Source: Amoeboradix gromovi X-113 (lineage: Eukaryota > Fungi > Sanchytriomycota). Taken from it: a stretch of DNA of 12,318 nucleotides. The stretch lies in the NCBI GenBank assembly GCA_018985225.1, contig JADGIF010000264.1:1-12318 (forward strand), given 5' to 3'. The notes below the pieces were generated by a model that saw only the letters and a list, made by a program, of their open reading frames with translations, made no database searches and was not told the origin of the DNA. Made by a program: the position numbers and the translations under genes. This document shows, piece after piece, positions 1 through 7,657 of the stretch. Positions within the stretch are counted from its first letter, which is position 1; each line of letters opens with the position of its first letter.

Positions 1-154
1 ACAGAATATTTATTTTCCTTTTATACTCGTCAACTCCGCAACTAGCTGAATGTCCACTCACCTCTTAAATCCATAAAATTAATAAAGCTAAAATAATGTT
101 CCAAGTTGTTACAGAAAGTTTGTTCAGTTTTTATATTTGATGTCCCAACTGTAA

Positions 155-619
155 ATGCTGAAACGCAGTTGGATGAATAAACAGAACCTTAAGAAACTAA
201 ACAAGGAAGAGCTAGACCGGATAATACACGATCCAGAAGCTTATTTGATGACAGATGAAGGATTAAAGAGCCTTAAAGTCATGATAGTAGAGGAACAAGA
301 ACGACTGAGATCGATTTGCTTAGAAAATAAACAGGCACATCTGGCGCTACAAGGAAAGCAAAAAGAGCTTCTGGAGCTTCAAAATAACCTTAGTGAAATT
401 TACACTGAGTATCAGCAGCGTTGGATAGAGTATTCTGAGATCAGGGAATTGAATTCTTTGGAACCTAAACGCAAGAAATTGAGTATCTTAGTTAATGAGT
501 CCCAGAAGCAGTGCGATGAGATTGCAAACAAGTCTTATTATGATGATTTCTTACTAGACTATAAGGAAGCTAGAATCAAATATTATCAACGTCATTTTAA
601 ATTAGGCAATCTGCAGTAG
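155..619 (+). CDS. VPS37: ESCRT-I subunit Vps37-like protein (Mod(r) C-terminal domain)
   Basis: 154-aa coiled-coil ORF. The N-terminus LKKLNKEELDRII and the C-terminus ESQKQCDEIANKSYYDDFLLDYKEARIKYYQRHFKL resemble the Vps37 Mod(r) pattern (E.S..LA..F....DDFL..F...R..YH.R..K). The start may be the second Met (173). Confidence 0.6.
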   Translation: MLKRSWMNKQNLKKLNKEELDRIIHDPEAYLMTDEGLKSLKVMIVEEQERLRSICLENKQAHLALQGKQKELLELQNNLSEIYTEYQQRWIEYSEIRELNSLEPKRKKLSILVNESQKQCDEIANKSYYDDFLLDYKEARIKYYQRHFKLGNLQ

Positions 620-839
620 CTTTTATTCTACTAATTGCTGCAACACATGCCATTAAATAAAACTTTAAAATCTTTGTAATAAATCTCGATATTTTCAATT
701 AGTCTAATGCCGCAAATTCTCTAGGCCAATTTGTTTGCAACAAATCTAGAAAATAGAATCCAAGATGTGCTTGGCATCATAAAATTAACTCGTAGAAGAG
801 AAATGCCACGAATCATTTATTAGCTAAAAGCGTCAGTTC

Positions 840-1200
840 CTAAACACTGATATTTTTATTCTGATATATTGTTCACTAGTTGATCATATTTAGCCCGGTT
901 TGTTATACTTTGAACGTATACATTTTGAGCGATTACAATTACGACCGTATCATGCCAAACTAGAAAGACAATGTTAGTTACACCAAAGTTGTGTAAGCAG
1001 AAACACATTACTACTGTAGTTCAAATACCAATAGATGTTGAAGGCCACTTGGGTATGTCCTCTGGAGTGTTGTACTTGGTAGAGATGTGAATGCGTGTTT
1101 CAACAATATTCAAAGTCAAAGAGTGTCTATCGAATAAGGAGGGACTAGCTCGTAGCGAAGAGTAGCTGATAGGGAGCTGCCACCTAAAGTATTTGCGACA
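840..1200 (+). pseudogene. Degraded Fanzor1/TnpB-like nuclease relic (family II) with 3' tail
   Basis: Motifs appear in the expected order across shifting frames: I*PG (888-899, possible RuvC-I IDPG), YFERIHFERLQLRPY, NVSYT/KLCKQKH, SGVLY and RDVNACFNNI (RDVNAC at 1081-1098). The 13-mer agagatgtgaatg (1081-1093) is shared with the minus-strand relic at 8546-8558. Boundaries are approximate. Confidence 0.6.
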
Positions 1201-1232
1201 GAGTACGTGCTATTATAATTTACTGGTTTAGC

Positions 1233-1355
1233 CTCCTCGTTAAAAGTCCTGATTTCCGAGAAAATCGAGAATTTCCACAGAGAAACCAGCATTGTCAGAT
1301 GCTCCATTGCAGTGATTGCTCACGCTTTCACTACCCTGAGGCGGGATTGAATAAG
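1233..1355 (-). ncRNA. Predicted omegaRNA scaffold, copy 1
   Basis: Conserved block that overlaps and follows the Fanzor stop codon. Hairpins are CCC-GCCUCA-GGG (1345-1334), GUAGUGA-AA-GC-GUGA-GC-AA-UCACUGC (1334-1309) and GAUUUU-CUCG-GAAAUC. The block ends in ACGAGGAG, where homology between copies stops abruptly. The 5' end is approximate. Confidence 0.75.
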
Positions 1356-1700
1356 CATATATTTGATGTACATGTTCCTTGCTGCCATATATCTCTATTG
1401 TCGCATATTCGGTAAGACCAACCACAAGAACTATTAAATAAACGGTTTACAAGTTTATTTATCGTTCATCTCTTTCCTGGCGTTCAGAGACATCTAATTC
1501 TTTCATGTTTAGACCACTTCCTGAGTGTTGATGAATGTATGCTGTACCTGTTAGTTACTTATTTAGAATTGATTTAACATTTGCGAAAATGAAGGATATC
1601 GAGTGTTTAAGCTGTTAGAAAATCTGGAAAAGTCTTGAAATTATACAAAAATGCATACAAATTCGCGATAAATGATTTATTCAAGAAAACAATCGAGCTG
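1233..1700 (-). mobile_element. Non-autonomous, internally deleted Fanzor2-like element (family I, copy 1)
   Basis: Both ends match 7243-7820: 1647-1700 is identical to 7767-7820 (54 nt) and 1245-1279 is identical to 7253-7287 (35 nt). The minus strand encodes RD (1396-1391), a frameshift, then MAARNMYIKYMLIQSRLRVVKA* (1388-1320), the RuvC-III tail. It is joined to a probable N-terminal remnant (RIRCL..INKL..FNSSCGWSY). Confidence 0.88.
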
Positions 1701-1738
1701 TTTGAGACATTTAAGTGTCTAATTTTGTAATACCTCCT

Positions 1739-2473
1739 ATGATTCGAGTGTTCCCGATTAAATGTCTTTCTGATAATTATTCCTACATTGTCCAATGTCT
1801 TAGTACCAACAGAGGCGTGCTAATAGATCCAGTGGACCCTTCAAAAGCGTTCAAAGTCGCAGACGATAATAATATCAACATTGTGCAGAGTTTGGTGACT
1901 CATCACCATTTGGATCATCACAGTATTAAGGAACTGCTTAAAATTAGATCTATCCCTGTAATAAGTGGGGATGTGAGAATCCCTAATTCTGAAATTATTC
2001 ACGATGGTCAATCATGGAAAGTAGGTGAAATGACAGTACAGTCCATTTTCACTCCAGGGCATACAAATGGTCACTATTCATATTTCATCCATAGTAACAA
2101 GGAAAATCATGTATTCACCGGAGACTTTTTGTTTATTGGAGGGTGCGGTCGGTTTTTTGAGGGTACTGCGAAAACAATGTGGAATTCAATCCTCAAATTT
2201 AAGCAACTACCAAAGGATACCAAAGTATGGGTAGGGCATGAGTATACTGCAAGTAATTACAAATGGGCTCTTTCGGTTGCAAAGACATCAGAATTGGAGG
2301 ACAGATACACATGGGCTTTGGGGCAAGACATGACTGTACCAAGTACTGTTGAGTTAGAAGCATCTTATAACTTGTTTGTTAATTCTGACAGTGAGAAACT
2401 GTTTAGAATATTTAATACAGACAATCCTGTTAATGTGTTATCAGCACTGCGGGATTCAAAAGATAATTTTTAA
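1739..2473 (+). CDS. GLO2: Hydroxyacylglutathione hydrolase (glyoxalase II), metallo-beta-lactamase fold
   Basis: Motifs SDNYSY, LIDP, THHHLDH (HxHxDH), TPGHT.GH, FTGDFLFIGGCGRFFEG, VWVGHEYT, TVPST...E..YNLF and LRDSKDNF. ATG 1739 (MIRVFPI) is preferred over the GTG at 1715. Confidence 0.95.
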   Translation: MIRVFPIKCLSDNYSYIVQCLSTNRGVLIDPVDPSKAFKVADDNNINIVQSLVTHHHLDHHSIKELLKIRSIPVISGDVRIPNSEIIHDGQSWKVGEMTVQSIFTPGHTNGHYSYFIHSNKENHVFTGDFLFIGGCGRFFEGTAKTMWNSILKFKQLPKDTKVWVGHEYTASNYKWALSVAKTSELEDRYTWALGQDMTVPSTVELEASYNLFVNSDSEKLFRIFNTDNPVNVLSALRDSKDNF

Positions 2474-2500
2474 TAAACTGCCTTATTGTTTACAGACTAG

Positions 2501-2602
2501 TCCTCATGGAAGCTCGGTTTCCTAAAAAATCAAGAGTTTCCGCAGAGAAACTGATAGTGTTTGTTGCACATGCTCTCAACACACTCAGGCGGACTTATAT
2601 GC
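2501..2602 (-). ncRNA. Diverged omegaRNA scaffold, copy 3
   Basis: Homologous to the copy 1 and 2 scaffolds, with altered but still pairing stems (GUGUU...GC-AUGU-GC...AACAC; GUUUCU-CUGC-GGAAAC; CUUGAUUUU-UUAG-GAAACCGAG). It ends in GAGGA. Confidence 0.55.
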
Positions 2603-2930
2603 TTCTTTGTTACTTGTTGCCATACTGTCTTCGCCTAATTACAGACGCCCACTTCCAATATCTTCAACAGTTCTGCTTCTTGAGATGTCCTTTAACAAGG
2701 TACTTGAATTTCTTTCAAAGAGCCATGTTATGCTTATCGGATGAGAATCCCGCAGGTAAGGTGCACTCTTTAAATGCCTCGTAAACGGTACAGGAATCGA
2801 TTACCTGGTGAGAATAGCCACCGGATTTTTCCTTAGAGTAGTGCATAATGAATTGCTTGGTGATACCTTGGGATATGACATATTCTGACGATGGTAATAT
2901 GTTGACAATTGCCGTTGGCGTGAAAGTGAA
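2501..2930 (-). mobile_element. Older, heavily degraded Fanzor2-like element (family I, copy 3)
   Basis: 2501-2640 aligns with the 3' block of copies 1 and 2 (tttcctaaaaaatcaagagtttccgcagagaaac vs tttccgagaaaatcgagaatttccacagagaaac). Minus-strand remnants in order: SEYVISQGITKQFIMHY, VAI..PGNRFL/TVYE (2821-2778, RuvC-I-like), HNMAL*KKFKY, GHLKKQN (2690-2670) and RR/DSMATSN. The upstream boundary is uncertain. Confidence 0.72.
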
Positions 2931-2959
2931 AAAGACAAAAATAAACAACTCTCAATATC

Positions 2960-3270
2960 ATAGAACTTCTTTTTATTGGTACTGGGATTTTGTCACCATT
3001 CAACACTTTGCAGATCTACTTACGACTTTGAGCAATTTTTTCGCATCAGAATATGCGAAATGAAAAGAACTCAAAGTTCATTAGAGTTGCGACCATTCAA
3101 AAACAATATGATGTGTCCAACACTTGTAGTAGCTGCAAGCGTTATGAAAGGATTCCATCGTTGCGTCAATTGTCAGCAATGCGGTCACCAAGACCGTAGA
3201 GATATCAATCCAGGTACTTCAAAATAATGTAGGCAAGAACATGCTCAAATGGTATCTCCGAAGTTGAGCC
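2960..3270 (+). pseudogene. TnpB/Fanzor-like C-terminal relic (zinc ribbon + RuvC-III), opposite orientation
   Basis: Across frameshifts: LLFIGTG, VATIQKQYDVSNTCSSCK (from 3086), RCVNCQQCGHQDRRDIN (about 3159-3209) and NNVGKNML. This fits the TS..CS.C...C..CG...RD.N pattern. Confidence 0.55.
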
Positions 3271-3370
3271 AATTGAATCTAATGTTAACAGAGGTGTTCA
3301 GAAACTGGTCCTAATATGGGAACTCTACAACTTCCTTGTAAACAAACCTCTGTTGCTTATTTTCTCAAGA

Positions 3371-3460
3371 CTGACCAAATGAGATTCAGGTCGATTTTCT
3401 TTGTTTACACTCTTACAAGAACTGCACTATATGACATTGCTCTTTTATGAACTATCCCCA
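3371..3460 (-). pseudogene. Additional family I Fanzor2 fragment
   Basis: The 14-mer tctttgtttacact is shared with the coding region of copy 2 (about 7515-7528). The minus strand reads KRAMSYS...CKQRK...ES, compared with RNMATTSHY...CKQRG...NES in copy 2. Confidence 0.45.
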
Positions 3461-3596
3461 ATATTTTCCAGCTCATCGTCTTTAATTGGCCTTAACCCTA
3501 CCCAAAGTGGTTCTTAATGGAATCTAAGCACTTCACAATTAATAGAAAGTGATATATATCGATGTATAAAAATAACTCTTCACACAACTGGGGTAC

Positions 3597-3749
3597 ATGG
3601 GTAAGTCAGCTAAATTTTGCAAAAGATTATCCACCAAGGAAAGGTCAGCTTTAAAAGTTAAAAAAGATAAACTAAAAAAGAGTAATACAAAGAGCCAGTT
3701 TAAAACAGCCAATAAATCGGAATTCAAATTTTACTCACAATTTATTTAA
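3597..3749 (+). CDS. Small lysine-rich protein (50 aa), below the ORF-track cutoff
   Basis: Clean ATG-TAA ORF, MGKSAKFCKRLSTKERSALKVKKDKLKKSNTKSQFKTANKSEFKFYSQFI. The MGKSAKF.KR..KE start resembles small basic fungal proteins as I recall them (unverified). Confidence 0.6.
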   Translation: MGKSAKFCKRLSTKERSALKVKKDKLKKSNTKSQFKTANKSEFKFYSQFI

Positions 3750-3866
3750 ACCAAAAGCAATCTATGACGATGTCAGTATCTGCTATAACAGTCAAACGAA
3801 AAGGTGAAGCTTTATCAGACCCTAGGAGTACTGCGAATTGCGTGGAAGAGTTTTAAATTATATCTT

Positions 3867-5066
3867 TCAAATATACTTTTGTACCACTTTGTTGCCTCTC
3901 AGTGTTGACAAAATCGCATCCCTTCTAGGGTTGTTCCTGCAGAGGTGTTTAGAAATAGCGTCTTTAATGGCTATGCTGGATGATGACCTTTTAAGTCCAA
4001 AGGGGATCAAACAATTCTCTGGAAATAATCTGAATGCCAAAGTGAGATCTTTCTTATTCCACATTTTCATGTCTTTCAGCTTTAGATAAGGCGTCCATCC
4101 CATGGAATTAATAGCCTGAACATTGGTGTCTGTGCATAACAACTTTAGTAAGTACTCCGTATGGCAAGATTGCAATGCCACAAACAATGGCGTATTACCA
4201 AGATGATCAACTGCATCCAGATCGACGCAGTTGAACTTTGATAACTGAATTGCCTCATCAGCAAAATAACTACCACGGTTTAAAAAATCAAACAAATCCA
4301 AAGTAAATCTGTTTCTTAGTTTCGATTGTATCTCAAAATCGTACCCGAAATCTCTTGCAACCCTGGCTAATGTATGGCCGTTTTCATCCAAAGCGTAAAG
4401 ATCAATTCCTACCTCACTATCCTGTGATGCGTAACCGGTGATCTTTAAGATCCAATACAAGGGATTCCAATAATTCTTTTGGAGGATATCAAGGACTTCC
4501 TGATTAGGTTTTCTTGCTTTGAGCGCTTTAAACAATCTCAGTGTCTCATTGTTCACTTGTGCGCAATCAATAACAGCACAATCAATTTTAGGATTCAGTT
4601 TATTTAATATAAAATGACTCAGTTTCAAAGGCCTCCTATAGCGTCTAGGATAGGTGGCATGTTGGAAAGCAATGAAGTAAGGAATGAGATTCATAGTACC
4701 GCCAAGTAACTTAATATTCTTTGGGGTAACTAACAAAGTAATCAAGTCTGGATCAGACCGACATTCTAGTGCCAGGTGCAATGGGGTTTGACCTAACGAA
4801 TCCTGAATGTTTTTATTGTCTTCAGATATAAAAAGAACGACAATATCCTTGTCAAGTGCTACATTTATAGCCTCATGAAGAATTGTAGATTTTTTATCGC
4901 CAAATTGAGCCTCGTAATCTATAACACAACCCTGAACCAATTTTCTAATGGCTGGTAATTCTGTATTACCTAGCGACTTGAACAGTTTTTCGGTATCACA
5001 CTTTTCTTGCTCTTTAGTTACTGAACTTCCAGATGCGAAGAGAACAAAAATGAAAATCAAATACAT
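3867..5066 (-). CDS. Ankyrin-repeat protein with probable signal peptide
   Basis: Ankyrin motifs STILHEAI, DSLGQTPLHLALE, DENGHTLARVA, DHLGNTPLFVALQ and NSMGWTPY. Met at 5066 gives a hydrophobic leader, MYLIFIFVLFASGSS. The ORF stays open upstream to ATG 5123. Confidence 0.85.
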   Translation of the reverse strand: MYLIFIFVLFASGSSVTKEQEKCDTEKLFKSLGNTELPAIRKLVQGCVIDYEAQFGDKKSTILHEAINVALDKDIVVLFISEDNKNIQDSLGQTPLHLALECRSDPDLITLLVTPKNIKLLGGTMNLIPYFIAFQHATYPRRYRRPLKLSHFILNKLNPKIDCAVIDCAQVNNETLRLFKALKARKPNQEVLDILQKNYWNPLYWILKITGYASQDSEVGIDLYALDENGHTLARVARDFGYDFEIQSKLRNRFTLDLFDFLNRGSYFADEAIQLSKFNCVDLDAVDHLGNTPLFVALQSCHTEYLLKLLCTDTNVQAINSMGWTPYLKLKDMKMWNKKDLTLAFRLFPENCLIPFGLKRSSSSIAIKDAISKHLCRNNPRRDAILSTLRGNKVVQKYI

Positions 5067-5203
5067 AATATGTTGAAAAACAATTAAGGTATTTAAGTAC
5101 TCATTTTCAGGCCCGGCACGCATAATCGCCGCATATTAGAAATTCATGATGATTGCATTAAAAATATATCAACTTTTGGCGAATTTGATATTGAAATTGC
5201 AAT

Positions 5204-5233
5204 GTGGATAATCTAACGTGGATAATCTCACGT
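5204..5233. repeat. 14-bp tandem duplication gtggataatct(a/c)ac
   Basis: gtggataatctaac gtggataatctcac gt is seen directly. Confidence 0.85.
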
Positions 5234-5282
5234 AATTGGAATGGAATTGATGATAATGAAGTTAAATAACAATAAAAAGTGA

Positions 5283-7151
5283 CTATTTACTCAATACTCT
5301 TGCAGCTGCAATACTACACAGTCTAAGAACTTGCATTTGATCGGCGTTATCTATGTTCTTCAACAAGGCAGCAGCTGCCGCATCTCCAGCTCCTGTAACT
5401 GTGCTGTCAATTGTTTTTATAAGTGATGGTAAAACTACTCCAATATATCCATTTCCATGAAATTCTACTCCATCCTGGATATACTTGACATATTTCTTGT
5501 TCTGGCTAGTTCGTTTGATCAAACACATTCCGCTTTTTCCGAATTTAGCAAGAACGAGTGGAACCTTTTTCGCCAGCGCACATGCCATTGGAAGATGTTT
5601 ATTCCATTCTTCATTTAATAAATCCATTTCTTCTGTTTCCAGGTTCAGCTCGTCCACCAGTGTCTCTAATTCATGATGATTTGGTGTTATAATATCTACT
5701 AAATTACGGTTAATTGCATCAATTCCTCTTTTACATTTAGTTTTCGATATTGGTTCAAACAATGTTAATTTTTTCTTTGATTTAGCATTTTCAAATGCGA
5801 TAGTCAGGCCGGTATCTGATAAGTTAGCATCACAACAAAGTATGTCGAATTGCTGCATCAGTAATTCTTCCAATTTTGGAGCCGGGATGTCCTCCATAAT
5901 AGACACATCCGAATAAGCATCTGTTATATCGTTACATTTGCTCAAGAAAACTACGTATACACCTGTGTTACCGTTTGCACGATGTGTTTTAATGTTTCCA
6001 TTTTTAGTAGATTCAGAAATTACATTACCAAATGTGTCGTTGCCTATAAAAGTGTGAAGAGTGCAGTCTAAGTCAGTACTTAGTGCCTTGTACATGTTAT
6101 ATCCCACTCCACCTATGCTATTGCTTATTTGACTTGGTAATGAAGATTTTTTAGAAGAGTTGTGATGAGTAGCTCTGATTGTTACATCAATATTTATCCC
6201 ACCTAGTATTACTACTTTCGAAGAAGAAGGCGAATAAATTGAATTTTTATTTAATAAACTGTATTCCTTAGCTAATTGAGCACCGACTTTAACATTGTTG
6301 TAATACAACGCAATGTTAGATTCTAATGACTTTCCCTTTGTTATTTCATTAATCTTGCTCAAAAGATAAGGTGTTATTGCTTTTCCTCTAATTCCCAAAC
6401 TACTTGCAGATATCAATGCCTTGTTAATAGCCTCATCAATATCGTTTGGATTGGGGCTGTCAGCTGTAGGAATGGGGTTTGAAAATAAGATGCCTTTCAG
6501 ATTCAAACCAAAGTGAGTTTTCATAAGTATGGCACACTTGTAAATGTTTGGCTCATTAATTTCTACAGAAGACCCAGAATCATTAGTAAAAAAACCGGGA
6601 AATTTTTTGTTGCGGCTAATGTTGACAACAGGAACACCCAAAGTCTCTAGATATTCCAATGTACGAGGAATATCCAAAATTGACTTTACACCAGATGAAA
6701 CCACAGCAACATTGGATTTATCAAACTCGGTCAAATCAGCAGATATATCCATATCATCACCACGATGAACACCACCTATTCCACCAGTAGCAAATACTTT
6801 TATGTTAGCTTCGCAAGCAGCCCACATCGTGGCAGAGACAGTTGTAGCCCCATTTAACTTGTTGCTAATGCAATAAGAGATGTCACGTTTGGATATCTTG
6901 ATAGCAGGCTTAGTTGCTAATGTGAACAGGTCTTCTTTCTCTAATCCAATCTTTAGCACTCCGTTTATTATACCGATTGTGGCTGGCACTACCTTTTGCG
7001 CCCTTACTATCTCTTCTGCTCTTGTTGCTGTATAAAGATTTTCAGGATATGGCATTCCATGTGATATTATAGTCGACTCTAGCGCTAAGACAGGCTGACT
7101 TTGTTTAATTGCGTTTTGAATATGTTTTCCAAGTTGTATCATCCTTTTCAT
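5283..7151 (-). CDS. Bifunctional pseudouridine-5'-phosphate glycosidase (PsuG/IndA) + PfkB-family pseudouridine kinase
   Basis: N-terminal motifs ALESTIISHGMPYP, ATTVS, FATGGIGGVHR, DISADLTE and KSILDIPRTLEYLET. C-terminal PfkB motifs GGINID, GGVGYN, ITPN..E and TGAGD. This fusion is the typical eukaryotic form. Confidence 0.95.
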   Translation of the reverse strand: MKRMIQLGKHIQNAIKQSQPVLALESTIISHGMPYPENLYTATRAEEIVRAQKVVPATIGIINGVLKIGLEKEDLFTLATKPAIKISKRDISYCISNKLNGATTVSATMWAACEANIKVFATGGIGGVHRGDDMDISADLTEFDKSNVAVVSSGVKSILDIPRTLEYLETLGVPVVNISRNKKFPGFFTNDSGSSVEINEPNIYKCAILMKTHFGLNLKGILFSNPIPTADSPNPNDIDEAINKALISASSLGIRGKAITPYLLSKINEITKGKSLESNIALYYNNVKVGAQLAKEYSLLNKNSIYSPSSSKVVILGGINIDVTIRATHHNSSKKSSLPSQISNSIGGVGYNMYKALSTDLDCTLHTFIGNDTFGNVISESTKNGNIKTHRANGNTGVYVVFLSKCNDITDAYSDVSIMEDIPAPKLEELLMQQFDILCCDANLSDTGLTIAFENAKSKKKLTLFEPISKTKCKRGIDAINRNLVDIITPNHHELETLVDELNLETEEMDLLNEEWNKHLPMACALAKKVPLVLAKFGKSGMCLIKRTSQNKKYVKYIQDGVEFHGNGYIGVVLPSLIKTIDSTVTGAGDAAAAALLKNIDNADQMQVLRLCSIAAARVLSK

Positions 7152-7242
7152 TTCCTATATACCTGATGAAGGTGCGTAAGCTTTTACATGCACACAGTAA
7201 AGTTATAATCTATTCATCTGCATTGTATCGCCTATATGAGAA

Positions 7243-7362
7243 CTCCTCGTTCAGTCCTGATTTCCGAGAAAATCGAGAATTTCCACAAAGAAACTAGCAG
7301 TGCTAGATCTCCATTACAGTGATCGCTTACGCTCTCACTACCCTGAGGCGGGATTGAATAAG
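7243..7362 (-). ncRNA. Predicted omegaRNA scaffold, copy 2
   Basis: Same position and hairpins as copy 1: CCC-GCCUCA-GGG (7352-7341), GUAGUGA-GA-GC-GUAA-GC-GA-UCACUGU (7341-7316), CUAGC-ACU-GCUAG, GAUUUU-CUCG-GAAAUC and terminal GAGGAG. Confidence 0.78.
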
Positions 7363-7657
7363 GATGTATATGTTAATTGCTGCCATATGGTCTCTATCTG
7401 TCTTCAAATGACACTTTTTACAGGTGTAGGTTTTTAAGTTGGTTTTCTTTAGAGTACCACACCTTGTACATGTCTGACTAGTAAATGATTCATTGCATTC
7501 GACCATCGTCTTCCTCTTTGTTTACACTTGAACTTCAAGCGTTCCTTGAATGTGTAATGGGACGTTGTAGCCATATTTCTTCAGAATTGCTCAACAAGCT
7601 ACTTATCATTTGACTAGTCTTGAACGATGGCAAGTATATAAGATCATATGTCTCTGT
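7327..7657 (-). pseudogene. Fanzor2/TnpB-like nuclease C-terminal remnant (two frameshifts, N-terminal part deleted)
   Basis: TETYDLIYLPSFKTSQMISS / RNMATTSHYTFKERLKFKCKQRGR / MVECNESFTSQTCTRCGTLKKTNLKTYTCKKCHLKTDRDHMAAINIYILIQSRLRVVRA*. The last segment (7506-7327) is 59 aa, just under the ORF cutoff. Confidence 0.93.

Noticed and set aside
1116-1425. Track ORFs 1116-1307, 1240-1425, 1607-1795, 2506-2784, 2848-3063, 7109-7297 and 8406-8594 as genes
   Set aside because: They are incidental frames over transposon relics or scaffolds, and frames and stops are not conserved between copies.
2793-2812. Plus-strand GID(+2 nt)PGE as a RuvC-I motif
   Set aside because: It needs a frameshift, and the same bases are better explained by the minus-strand family I copy, which is anchored by its omegaRNA block.
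3725-3862. Short matches to the family I 5' block (3725-3762, 3843-3862)
   Set aside because: AT-rich, in the wrong order relative to each other, and partly inside a probable CDS.
7163-7200. CUGAUGA as a hammerhead ribozyme core, or the region as U1 snRNA
   Set aside because: No GAAA follows a stem II. The U1 5' sequence ACUUACCUG, stem-loop I and Sm site are not properly present.
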